DNA of 64,000 nt from an uncultured Actinomycetes bacterium (GTDB lineage Bacteria > Actinomycetota > Actinomycetes > S36-B12 > UBA5976). Location of the stretch: the NCBI GenBank assembly GCA_903892635.1, contig CAITJH010000086.1, positions 36,227 to 100,226 on the forward strand. The letters run 5' to 3'. Position numbers and translations under genes: made by a program. Shown piece by piece: positions 36,971 to 46,204 of this stretch. Position 1 is the stretch's first letter, and every line of letters begins with the position of its first letter. The notes beneath the pieces were generated by a model, which worked only from the letters and a program-made list of their open reading frames with translations, was not told the origin of the DNA and did no database searches.

Positions 36971-38251
36971 CTATTTCGCACTTTCGCGTATCTGCTGATG
37001 AATGTGGATTGCCAGTCGAGTTGCGGCCATTGCTTGAAATGCGACTGAATTACTGGGGTAGTCCGAAGTATCGATGAAGTGAGTTACCGAGGGTGTTAGG
37101 GATAAAGGGTCGATGTCAGCATCTTTTGGTGGAATCACTCGAATCCACAAGATTCGCTCTCGAACGTTCACATTGAACTGTTCGAGTGTCAGCAATAATG
37201 ATTCAGAAAACATCTCCTGCATGTCGCGGTCAGTCCAATCGAAGCCAATCATTGATACAGGTACCTGAACTGTCCAGTTTTCTGATCCTGGAGGATGCAT
37301 CAATTCGTCTTGTGGAGCGCATACTTGGAACATGGATATCTCTGGAAGATGACCTTGATTTTGCGTGTGTGACTTACTACTCGCGACATCTTTGTTGACG
37401 TAAAAGATGTTGGTGTGCAAAAGTCCGGACGTCGTACCATCAAGAGCTAACAGCAGCGTAAAAAAATTGTCTCTCCGCGAAGTTAACTGAACAACGTGAT
37501 CATCAGCGGTCAAATTCTGGTCGTACAGCGATTGGCTGAATTGAAAAATTACTCCTAGTTCCACACAGCGCTCGTAAATAGCTCGGGACAATGAGCACAT
37601 CCCGCCTTTAACGTGTGAGATTCCAAATGTGTGTTCAACATATGGTTCAGCGATACCAATGCTGTGTGCGGCTGATGGGGTGACGCCGTTTTTAAGTATG
37701 TAACTATCTGCAATATCGCGAAGGTGTGCAGTTCCTAGAAGTCGATTGCGAAGTCGTATGTAATCGTCGCGACGAGTTGCAAATAATCTGCGCAAACGAA
37801 CCGCTTTATCGTGAGTCTCAACAGATTCCAACGCAAGGCGATGCTCTGCCCAGAGTGAGGAACCGGCCCGTAAAAAGTTGCGCCACTGATCTGCAGCGCG
37901 TGATCCGAACTGCACCTCGATCGCATTCGCTGTGGAGGCAACACCCACTCCGGGAAGCGTTACCTGATTCCCGTCAACCCATCGAATACTCAAAGCTTGA
38001 TCGAGTTCGGAGATATCGATGCATTCTTCGAATGCAGCCCCTGTTTTAAGAAATAGGTCGCGAAAAGTTGCAGGCACAGTCAATGAAGTGTCGGCAAGAT
38101 CAAAAACAAATCCATCGGAACGAACCACAGACGCAGCGTCGTCAATCGAGGCTCCCTTGGCAATAACAATGACCTCGTAGCCTTTAACTTTCAATCTCGC
38201 AGCGCACGTTAATGCACCGATAGATGTTCCTTCTACAAATATTCGAGTCAT
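36971..38251 (-). CDS. CrtI-like (phytoene desaturase family) paralogue with degenerate FAD-binding motifs
   Basis: Aligns by eye to the neighbouring CrtI at the N-terminus (IFVEGTSIGALTCAARL..DGFVFDLADTSLTVPATFRDLF) and C-terminus (FIDTSDYPSNSVAFQAMAATRLA). GxGxxG reads G-T-S-I-G-A, and the C-terminal glycines are replaced. Confidence 0.6.
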   Translation of the reverse strand: MTRIFVEGTSIGALTCAARLKVKGYEVIVIAKGASIDDAASVVRSDGFVFDLADTSLTVPATFRDLFLKTGAAFEECIDISELDQALSIRWVDGNQVTLPGVGVASTANAIEVQFGSRAADQWRNFLRAGSSLWAEHRLALESVETHDKAVRLRRLFATRRDDYIRLRNRLLGTAHLRDIADSYILKNGVTPSAAHSIGIAEPYVEHTFGISHVKGGMCSLSRAIYERCVELGVIFQFSQSLYDQNLTADDHVVQLTSRRDNFFTLLLALDGTTSGLLHTNIFYVNKDVASSKSHTQNQGHLPEISMFQVCAPQDELMHPPGSENWTVQVPVSMIGFDWTDRDMQEMFSESLLLTLEQFNVNVRERILWIRVIPPKDADIDPLSLTPSVTHFIDTSDYPSNSVAFQAMAATRLAIHIHQQIRESAK

Positions 38252-38257
38252 TGATGT

Positions 38258-38767
38258 CTAGTCATTCGACACGGATAAGGCAGTGCCACCAGTCATTGTG
38301 AGTAACTCTGTGAAGTTCGTTTTGAATACAACGTGGGTGTGTCCTGCTGCTGCCCACACTTCGTCGTATTCAGCGAGGGATGCATCAACGAATGTGAGTG
38401 GTTGGTAAGTCGAGCCGTCATGCGCCCACCCAACTGGACTCACGCCTCCGATTGCGAAACCAGACCACGTTCGAACAAAATCTGCGTCGACTCGGTGCAA
38501 AGCAGTCAGCGAAGTCGTACTGCATACCAAGTCTGTGTCTACGCGATGGCGACCAGAAGTTATGACTAAAACTGGAACGCGTCCTCCATCGAGATCACTA
38601 CTGAAAACGATGGAGGACGCGATTTGTCCAACAGTGACCGAAAGCGCATTAGCAGCATCAAGTGCAGTGCGAGCGGTGTCGAGAAGTTGTCGTACTTCAG
38701 GTTCGATACCAGCCTTGGTGAAGGCTGCCTTTACTCGCGCCACACTCGAATGTTCGGTCTGGCTCAT
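38258..38767 (-). CDS. YbaK/EbsC-family aminoacyl-tRNA deacylase domain protein
   Basis: 169 aa. Typical pattern ...VGQIASSIVF...VLVITSGRHRVD...GFAIGGVSPVG. Confidence 0.75.
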   Translation of the reverse strand: MSQTEHSSVARVKAAFTKAGIEPEVRQLLDTARTALDAANALSVTVGQIASSIVFSSDLDGGRVPVLVITSGRHRVDTDLVCSTTSLTALHRVDADFVRTWSGFAIGGVSPVGWAHDGSTYQPLTFVDASLAEYDEVWAAAGHTHVVFKTNFTELLTMTGGTALSVSND

Positions 38768-38773
38768 GATGTC

Positions 38774-40117
38774 TTATGCAGTTGCTTCTTTGAATGCGCG
38801 CTCGATGATCGTAAGAGCATCATCCAAGAGGTGTTCTGGCATGACTAGTGGTGGCAAGAAACGCAGAACGTTTCCGTAGGTACCTGCAGTGAGTACGAGC
38901 ACACCTTCGCTATGGCACAACTTTGCAACCTTGCCAGTCATGTCTGGATCTGGTTCATCTGTTCCAGGCTTGGTGATCTCAACAGCAATCATTGCGCCAC
39001 GTCCACGAACGTCGCCGATTACACCGCAGTCTTCCGCGATCTTCTTCAGACGAGGAACCATGACGTTTTCGATGTTCTTAGCCTTGGCGTTGAGGTCTTG
39101 TTGTTCCATAATGCCGATCGAAGCCATCGCAGCTGCGCAAGCAATTGGGTTGCCACCGTAGGTGCCACCAAGGCCACCTGCATGAACAGCGTCCATGATT
39201 TCTGCGCGACCAGTAACGGCTGCAAGTGGAAGGCCGCCTGCAATGCCCTTGGCTGTTGTGATCATGTCGGGAACGATGCCTTCATGCTCACAGGCAAACC
39301 ATGCACCGGTTCGGCAAAAACCGGTCTGCACTTCATCAGCAACGAACACGATGCCGTTGTTGTTAGCAAACTTCACGAGTGCTGGGAGGAATCCCTGTGC
39401 AGGAACGATGAATCCACCTTCACCTTGGATGGGTTCAATCACGATTGCAGCAACGTTGCCTGCTCCAAGTTCCTTTTCAATCCGGCTAATGGCGTGCTTT
39501 GCAGCATCTGCACCTGAAAGCCCATCGTGAAATGGATTAGACAATGGCATGCGGTAAATCTCTGGTGCGAATGGACCGAATCCCTGCTTGTATGGCTGGT
39601 TCTTTCCGGTCATTGCCATGGTGAGGTTGGTGCGACCGTGGTAGCCATGCTCGAACACAACGACTGCCTGTCGCTTTGTGTAATGGCGTGCAATCTTGAC
39701 TGCGTTCTCTACGGCTTCGGCGCCAGTGTTGAACAATGCAGAACGCTTCTCGTGATCACCAGGAGTTAGGCGATTTAGCGCCTCACAAACGTCTACGTAG
39801 TTCTCGTACTGAGTCACCATGAAGCACGTGTGAGTGAAGCGTTCAACCTGTTCGGTGACAGCTGCGGCAACTTCAGTAGCTGCGTTACCCACTGTAGTCA
39901 CAGCAATACCTGAACCCATGTCGATCATTGAGTTGCCATCGACGTCAACAACGACGCCGCCGCCTGCACGCTCAATGAAAATTGGAAGAGTCATGCCTAC
40001 GCCGCCGCTCACTGCGGACACTCGACGCTTTTGCATGTCAAGGGATTTTGGTCCTGGGATTGCCGTTGTAAGGCGACGTTCTTGCGGGATGCCATTAATG
40101 AGGTTTTCAGCAGTCAT
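38774..40117 (-). CDS. gabT: 4-aminobutyrate (class III) aminotransferase
   Basis: DEVQTGFCRTG and PLP-lysine context TTAKGIAGG. Start set at ATG 40117 (MTAENLING). The longer ORF overlaps the divergent gene. Confidence 0.9.
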   Translation of the reverse strand: MTAENLINGIPQERRLTTAIPGPKSLDMQKRRVSAVSGGVGMTLPIFIERAGGGVVVDVDGNSMIDMGSGIAVTTVGNAATEVAAAVTEQVERFTHTCFMVTQYENYVDVCEALNRLTPGDHEKRSALFNTGAEAVENAVKIARHYTKRQAVVVFEHGYHGRTNLTMAMTGKNQPYKQGFGPFAPEIYRMPLSNPFHDGLSGADAAKHAISRIEKELGAGNVAAIVIEPIQGEGGFIVPAQGFLPALVKFANNNGIVFVADEVQTGFCRTGAWFACEHEGIVPDMITTAKGIAGGLPLAAVTGRAEIMDAVHAGGLGGTYGGNPIACAAAMASIGIMEQQDLNAKAKNIENVMVPRLKKIAEDCGVIGDVRGRGAMIAVEITKPGTDEPDPDMTGKVAKLCHSEGVLVLTAGTYGNVLRFLPPLVMPEHLLDDALTIIERAFKEATA

Positions 40118-40175
40118 GATGGCAATGTTAGTCCTGCTTTTTGATGAAATCGAACAGGGGCGTAGCGTATGCAGT

Positions 40176-41618
40176 ATGACAAATGTGCGTTCTTTTTGGG
40201 TTGCCGGTAAACCAGTTAATAGTGATGTTGTTGCTGAAGTAACACATCCAGCCGATGGCAAGGTTGTCGGACAACACTATGTACCGACGGCTGACCAAGT
40301 GGAACAAGCGATTTCAGCTGCTTATGCCGCTCGCTCGGCATTTCAGGCAACCAGTGCAGGCGCTCGAAGCGATGCATTGACTCTGATCGCAAACCGAATC
40401 GCTGAACGAACTGAAGAGATTGCACAACTCATCACGGCCGAAAACGGTAAGCCAATTTTGTGGGCACGCAGTGAAGCTACGCGCGCAGTGTCGGTATTTC
40501 GTTGGGCAGCTGAAGAGGCACGACGATTCTCGGGTGAAACACAACGTCTGGACACTGAAGTAGCGAACGCAGGTCGCTATGCCTTGATCCGTCGATTCCC
40601 AACCGGCGTAGTTCTTGGCATTTCACCGTTCAACTTCCCAATTAATCTTGTGGCTCACAAAATTGCACCGGCGATCGCAGTAGGAGCTCCAATTATTCTT
40701 AAGCCAGCTCCTGCAACACCGCTCAGCGCCTTGTTGCTCGGCGAGATTATGGCCGAGGCAAATTTGCCCGAAGGATCATGGTCAATTTTGCCTGTAAGTA
40801 ATGACATGGCGCCGGGTCTAGTCGCAGACGAGCGCATGCCAGTTGTTTCATTCACAGGTTCTGACAAAGTTGGATTTGAGATTCAAAAGGCAGTTCCTCA
40901 GAAGCACATCACGCTTGAACTTGGTGGAAACGCTGCTGCGCTGATTCTTGAGGACTGGAACAGCGAAGAAGATCTCAACTGGGCGGCAACTCGTACCAGT
41001 TTGTTTGGAACTTACCAAGCAGGTCAGTCATGTATCTCGGTGCAACGAATCCTGATTCATGAATCTATTTACGACGTGCTATCGGCCAAGATTGCTGATG
41101 CAACAAGCAAGCTTGCCAATGGTGATCCTTTTGACGACAAAACCATTGTTGGTCCAATGATCAATGAGGCAGCTGCGATCCGAGTTGAAGAGTGGGTCAA
41201 TGAAGCAGTTGCTGCTGGCGCCACCATTCTCACGGGCGGCACACGCGATGGAAACTTCTACGCACCGACTGTGCTGGCTAATGTTCCTCGCGATGCCAAG
41301 GTTTCTTGCAATGAAATCTTTGGTCCAGTCATGATTGTTGATCGCATCAGTACCACTCAAGAAGGTTTTGACTACATCAACGAATCGCCATTTGGTTTGC
41401 AAGCTGGTGTATTCACTCACGATATTCAAACTGCCTTCCGTGCACACCGCGAACTCGAAGTTGGTGGCGTGATTATTGGCGACGTACCAACATTCCGAAG
41501 TGACCAAATGCCATACGGCGGTATTAAAGCATCGGGTGTAGGCAAAGAGGGTCTGCGTTGGGCTATGCAAGACATGACCCATGAACGCATCATGGTGCTT
41601 AGCGGTCTCGATCTTTAG
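40176..41618 (+). CDS. NAD(P)-dependent aldehyde dehydrogenase (probable succinate-semialdehyde dehydrogenase)
   Basis: FNFPINL, catalytic ELGGNA and GQSCIS. Start set at ATG 40176 (MTNVRSFWVAG). Divergent from gabT. Confidence 0.88.
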   Translation: MTNVRSFWVAGKPVNSDVVAEVTHPADGKVVGQHYVPTADQVEQAISAAYAARSAFQATSAGARSDALTLIANRIAERTEEIAQLITAENGKPILWARSEATRAVSVFRWAAEEARRFSGETQRLDTEVANAGRYALIRRFPTGVVLGISPFNFPINLVAHKIAPAIAVGAPIILKPAPATPLSALLLGEIMAEANLPEGSWSILPVSNDMAPGLVADERMPVVSFTGSDKVGFEIQKAVPQKHITLELGGNAAALILEDWNSEEDLNWAATRTSLFGTYQAGQSCISVQRILIHESIYDVLSAKIADATSKLANGDPFDDKTIVGPMINEAAAIRVEEWVNEAVAAGATILTGGTRDGNFYAPTVLANVPRDAKVSCNEIFGPVMIVDRISTTQEGFDYINESPFGLQAGVFTHDIQTAFRAHRELEVGGVIIGDVPTFRSDQMPYGGIKASGVGKEGLRWAMQDMTHERIMVLSGLDL

Positions 41619-41621
41619 TCA

Positions 41622-42842
41622 GTGATGTCAGGTCCACGTCGTGTTGTAGTGCTGGGCAGTACCGGCAGTATTGGCACGCAAGCTCTGGACATTATTCGGA
41701 CACATCCTGAACGTTTTGTTCTAGTTGGCTTGTCTGCAGGGGGCTCCAATCCTGAATTACTTGCGCAGCAAGTCATTGAATTTAATGTTGCGAATGTAGC
41801 GATCGCGCAAGCAAGTGCTGCTCAAGACTTCCAAATCGCACTATATGCGCACGCGCAAAAAAATGGATACGCACAAGGCGACTATTCGTTGCCTAAGTTG
41901 CACATTGGTCCTAAAGCCGCCACTGAACTTGCAGCAATCGATTGCGATGTTGTTCTCAATGGAATTACTGGCGCTGTTGGTTTGATGCCCACGGTTGCCG
42001 CATTAACTGCTGGTCGAACGTTGGCTTTGGCAAATAAAGAGTCGCTAGTTATTGGCGGCAGGGCAGTGACGAAACTAGCTGCTCCAGGGCAAATCGTGGC
42101 GGTTGATTCTGAACACTCAGCAATCGCGCAAGCTTTACGATCCGGCACTAGTGATGAAGTGAAGCGGCTGGTGTTGACCGCAAGTGGTGGCCCATTTCGC
42201 GGAAAGAAGCGCGACGAACTAACATCAGTAACTGCTGAGATGGCTTTGAATCATCCAACGTGGTCCATGGGGCCTGTGGTGACCGTTAACTCCTCGACAC
42301 TGATGAATAAGGGTCTCGAACTGATTGAGGCACATTTACTTTTTGACATTCCGATGGATCGAATTGACGTGGTTGTTCATCCTCAATCAATTGTTCATTC
42401 CATGGTTGAGTTCGTGGATGGTTCCACTATTGCTCAAGCAAGCCCGCCCGACATGCACTTACCGATTGCTTTAGGCATCGGATGGCCATCTCGCGTTCCT
42501 GAGAGTGCATCTGGTTTGGACTGGACGCAGGCAACGTCATGGACATTTGAGCCAGTTGACGGAGAAACATTCCCAGCAATCGCTTTAGCCAAGCGAGTCG
42601 GTGCTATGGGAGGTACAGCTCCAGCTGTGTTCAATTCTGCAAATGAAGTGGCTGTAGACCAATTTTTGAACGGCCACATTCCTTACTTGAGCATCGTTGA
42701 GATCGTTGAACAAGTAGTCAATGCTCACTTCTCTTCGGGTTTTGTCAGTGATGATCAGTTAACTATTGAACATGTAGTGAGTGCTCACGAGTGGGCGCAG
42801 TTACACACTCAATCGATTATTGATCAAGGTGGTTCGAAATAG
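41622..42842 (+). CDS. dxr: 1-deoxy-D-xylulose 5-phosphate reductoisomerase
   Basis: VLGSTGSIGTQALD NADPH fold and LANKESLV. 406 aa. Confidence 0.95.
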   Translation: MMSGPRRVVVLGSTGSIGTQALDIIRTHPERFVLVGLSAGGSNPELLAQQVIEFNVANVAIAQASAAQDFQIALYAHAQKNGYAQGDYSLPKLHIGPKAATELAAIDCDVVLNGITGAVGLMPTVAALTAGRTLALANKESLVIGGRAVTKLAAPGQIVAVDSEHSAIAQALRSGTSDEVKRLVLTASGGPFRGKKRDELTSVTAEMALNHPTWSMGPVVTVNSSTLMNKGLELIEAHLLFDIPMDRIDVVVHPQSIVHSMVEFVDGSTIAQASPPDMHLPIALGIGWPSRVPESASGLDWTQATSWTFEPVDGETFPAIALAKRVGAMGGTAPAVFNSANEVAVDQFLNGHIPYLSIVEIVEQVVNAHFSSGFVSDDQLTIEHVVSAHEWAQLHTQSIIDQGGSK

Positions 42843-44125
42843 TGCTTGGCTTTCTCGGCGTATTGTTTTTTATCTTTGGCCTATTGGGATCGATCGCACT
42901 TCACGAAATTGGACATCTTGTACCAGCGAAAAAGTTTGGTGTGCGAGTATCGCAATACATGGTTGGCTTCGGACCCACGTTGTGGTCACGTACCCGCGGT
43001 GAAACCGAATACGGCGTGAAGGCAATTCCTATGGGTGGATACATTCGCATGATTGGCATGTATCCACCAAGTAACAATCCCCAACGCAAACGCGGACCTT
43101 TCGCTGAACTCATCGAAGATTCACGCGAGATGTCGCTAGAAGAAATTCAGCCAGGGGAACAACATCGAACCTTTTACTCGCTATCGATTCCTAAGAAATT
43201 GATAGTGATGTTTAGTGGTCCCTTCATGAACTTCATCATTGCTTGTGTACTTTTCACAGTGTCGCTCTCGGTGATTGGGTATATGGCTCCGACAACTACT
43301 GTTGCTCAAACATTGCCGTGTGTACCTACAGTGACAGATCAATCAGGTGAATTATTGTCTGATGGAACTTGTGGAGCTGGTTCAGTATCTCCTGCTAGTT
43401 CAATTGGACTTAAGGCCGGCGACACTATTGTCGCTGTGGACAATCACAAGGTGACGTCTTGGACGCAGTTGGGTGACGTACTAGCGGATCTCGGGGGTCA
43501 TACAGTACCAATTACGTTCTCTCGAAACGGAGAAGAAATTTCGCGATCTGTCACTATCGGTTCGGCATACGATCTACAAAGCACAGATGGCTCACCACGA
43601 GGCTTCATAGGACTGTCACCAACGCGTGCTCCACATCGTGAATCCATTTCGGCAGTCGGACCATTCATGTGGGCTGATGTACGAGCTTCAACGGCTGCTC
43701 TTGGTCATTTCCCAGTTGCGGTTTACGATTTAGGTCGCACTTTGATGACGAATGGTCCTCGCAATCCCAATGGCCCTGTCGGTGTTATTGGAGTAGGCCG
43801 AATAACTGATCAGATAGCAAGCCAAGATTCTGTTCCGTTGTCCAACAAAATTGGGTCGTTGCTCATGATGCTCGCTGGATTGAATCTGTTCTTGTTCCTT
43901 TTCAATCTCGTGCCGATTCTTCCTTTGGATGGCGGACATATGGCCGGAGCAATGTTTGAAGGGATACGGCGATTTGTTGCTCGACTGCGGGGTATTTCCC
44001 CGTTACCTGGGCCAACCGACACTGCCCGTTTGTTGCCGCTGACATATGTAGTGGCGATCGTCATGATTGTTTCATCGCTTCTGGTGGCGGTCGCCGACAT
44101 CATTAAGCCGATAACTCTTGGCTAA
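42842..44125 (+). CDS. rseP: M50 site-2 protease with PDZ domain (RseP/Rip1)
   Basis: HEIGH zinc motif and NLVPILPLDGGH. A central PDZ-like segment is present. Confidence 0.92.
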   Translation: MLGFLGVLFFIFGLLGSIALHEIGHLVPAKKFGVRVSQYMVGFGPTLWSRTRGETEYGVKAIPMGGYIRMIGMYPPSNNPQRKRGPFAELIEDSREMSLEEIQPGEQHRTFYSLSIPKKLIVMFSGPFMNFIIACVLFTVSLSVIGYMAPTTTVAQTLPCVPTVTDQSGELLSDGTCGAGSVSPASSIGLKAGDTIVAVDNHKVTSWTQLGDVLADLGGHTVPITFSRNGEEISRSVTIGSAYDLQSTDGSPRGFIGLSPTRAPHRESISAVGPFMWADVRASTAALGHFPVAVYDLGRTLMTNGPRNPNGPVGVIGVGRITDQIASQDSVPLSNKIGSLLMMLAGLNLFLFLFNLVPILPLDGGHMAGAMFEGIRRFVARLRGISPLPGPTDTARLLPLTYVVAIVMIVSSLLVAVADIIKPITLG

Positions 44126-44162
44126 GCGCGCGATCCTTCACTAAGTAGCCGATAATAGAACT

Positions 44163-45317
44163 ATGTCGGTCAACCTTGGACTTCCTGCCTTACCACCACC
44201 AGTGCTTGCGCCGCGTCGCAAGAGTCGTCAGATTATTCTGAATCACCACACACATCCAGTAAAAGTTGGTGGAGATGCGCCGATAAGCGTTCAGTCAATG
44301 GCAACGACACTGACTGCAGACGTCAACTCGACACTTCAACAGATTGCTGAACTCACAGCGTCCGGCTGTCAGATCGTGCGAGTTGCTGTGCCCAGTCAAG
44401 ATGACGCTGAAGCGTTGCCAATTATTGCTAAGAAGAGTGGCATCCCAGTTATCGCCGACATTCACTTTCAGCCGAAATATGTTTTTGCTGCAATTGACGC
44501 AGGTGTCGCTGGCGTTCGTGTCAACCCAGGCAACATTAAGCAGTTTGACGACAAAGTAAAAGAAATTGCAAAAGCTGCAGGCGATGCTGGAATTCCGATT
44601 CGTATTGGTGTCAATGCTGGCAGTCTCGACAAGCGTTTGCTTGAAAAATACGGCAAGGCCACTCCCGAGGCACTCGTTGAATCGGCGCTGTGGGAATGTT
44701 CGCTTTTCGAAGAGCACGGTTTCCGCGACATCAAAATTTCAGTGAAGCACAACGATCCAGTTGTCATGGTCGCTGCGTATCGATTGCTCGCTGCGCAATG
44801 TGATTACCCATTGCATCTTGGTGTGACTGAAGCCGGACCGGCATTTCAAGGCACGATTAAGTCTGCCGTGGCGTTTGGCGCACTGCTCTCAGAGGGAATT
44901 GGCGACACTATTCGTGTCTCGTTGTCGGCCCCGCCGGTTGAAGAGATCAAAGTTGGAAATCAAATTCTTGAATCGCTCAACCTTCGTCAGCGCGGACTTG
45001 AGATTGTGTCGTGTCCATCGTGTGGGCGTGCGCAAGTAGATGTGTACACCTTGGCTGAACAAGTTACGGCAGGTCTTGAAGGTCTTGAAGTTCCGCTACG
45101 TGTTGCAGTCATGGGCTGCGTTGTTAATGGACCTGGCGAGGCTCGTGAAGCCGATCTTGGTGTCGCAAGTGGCAACGGAAAAGGCCAGATCTTTGTTAAA
45201 GGTGAAGTCATAAAAACTGTGCCTGAACACATGATCGTCGAAACTCTTATCGAAGAGGCGATGAAGATTGCAGAAGGTATGGAAGCTACTGGTGAGCCAG
45301 TAATTTCAGTGTCTTAA
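44163..45317 (+). CDS. ispG: 4-hydroxy-3-methylbut-2-en-1-yl diphosphate synthase
   Basis: 384 aa. Conserved Cys ligands including SCPSCGR and [10 protein letters not shown]. Confidence 0.95.
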   Translation: MSVNLGLPALPPPVLAPRRKSRQIILNHHTHPVKVGGDAPISVQSMATTLTADVNSTLQQIAELTASGCQIVRVAVPSQDDAEALPIIAKKSGIPVIADIHFQPKYVFAAIDAGVAGVRVNPGNIKQFDDKVKEIAKAAGDAGIPIRIGVNAGSLDKRLLEKYGKATPEALVESALWECSLFEEHGFRDIKISVKHNDPVVMVAAYRLLAAQCDYPLHLGVTEAGPAFQGTIKSAVAFGALLSEGIGDTIRVSLSAPPVEEIKVGNQILESLNLRQRGLEIVSCPSCGRAQVDVYTLAEQVTAGLEGLEVPLRVAVMGCVVNGPGEAREADLGVASGNGKGQIFVKGEVIKTVPEHMIVETLIEEAMKIAEGMEATGEPVISVS

Positions 45318-45320
45318 TAA

Positions 45321-46160
45321 ATGGCACACGAAATTCGTACTCTGGATAGTTCTTCTATTCAGCAATTGCAATCCATCATTGAGCGCGATCCAGTGCGCCA
45401 CTGTTATGTTGCTGCTCGTATCGCAGCAATTCATGGTGGATTCTTTCGAAATCCGTATTCTGATTTTCTTGGTTACTTTGACGATGGACATCTCAAGTCC
45501 GCTCTTGTACTTGGCGCCAATGTTGTACCGGTCAACACGTCGACTATGGCACGCCAAGAGTTTGCGCAGGTACTTCGGCGTCAGGGGCGTAGGTGCTCAT
45601 CAATAGTTGGTCCACAAGAAGAAGTATCTGAACTTTGGCGCTTGCTCAATGATTCGTGGGGACCGGCTCGAGCTGTTCGGGATAGTCAGCTCATGATGTC
45701 GATTGATCAACGGTCGAACATTGAGCCCGATGATTTAGTTCGTTATTCAACTGTGAGAGACCTGGAAGCTCTTTTTCCCGCGTGCGTGGACATGTTTACT
45801 CATGAAGTGGGCAAGTCACCAGTAGCCCATGGAGGTGGACCTGCATATCGGAATCGCATTAATGAACTTATTTCTTCGCGACGCTCTTTCATTCGAACGA
45901 ATGGCGAGCAGATAATTTTCAAAGCTGAGGTTGGTTCACTCGGTGCCGGAGTTGCTCAAATACAAGGTGTTTGGGTGCATCCTGATTACCGTGGAAAAGG
46001 TCTTGCCGCGCCCGCAATGGCTAGCGTTGTGCGATTCATACTCGATGACCTTGCTCCGAATGCCTCGTTGTATGTAAACGATTTCAACTTTCCGGCTATC
46101 GCAACCTATAAACGTGTGGGTTTTCAGGTAGTCGATACGTTCTCAACTGTGCTGTTCTAG
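45321..46160 (+). CDS. GNAT-family acetyltransferase (Rv2867c-like)
   Basis: C-terminal GNAT core [16 protein letters not shown]. Lies downstream of ispG as in mycobacteria. Confidence 0.75.
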   Translation: MAHEIRTLDSSSIQQLQSIIERDPVRHCYVAARIAAIHGGFFRNPYSDFLGYFDDGHLKSALVLGANVVPVNTSTMARQEFAQVLRRQGRRCSSIVGPQEEVSELWRLLNDSWGPARAVRDSQLMMSIDQRSNIEPDDLVRYSTVRDLEALFPACVDMFTHEVGKSPVAHGGGPAYRNRINELISSRRSFIRTNGEQIIFKAEVGSLGAGVAQIQGVWVHPDYRGKGLAAPAMASVVRFILDDLAPNASLYVNDFNFPAIATYKRVGFQVVDTFSTVLF

Positions 46161-46204
46161 ATACGATTAGCGAATACCGTGTCGCCAACTGTCAAGGAGT
46201 AGCC

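Noticed and set aside
38889-39530. Plus-strand ORFs of 90-201 aa antisense to gabT, and the 167-aa minus-strand ORF at 41079-41582 antisense to the aldehyde dehydrogenase
   Set aside because: They have no motifs and low-complexity composition, and they are fully nested in strongly supported genes.
39834-40261. Mutually overlapping N-terminal extensions of the aldehyde dehydrogenase ORF (from 39834) and the gabT ORF (to 40261)
   Set aside because: The internal ATGs at 40176 and 40117 give N-termini typical of the two families and leave a normal 58-bp divergent promoter. The extensions are antisense to real coding sequence.
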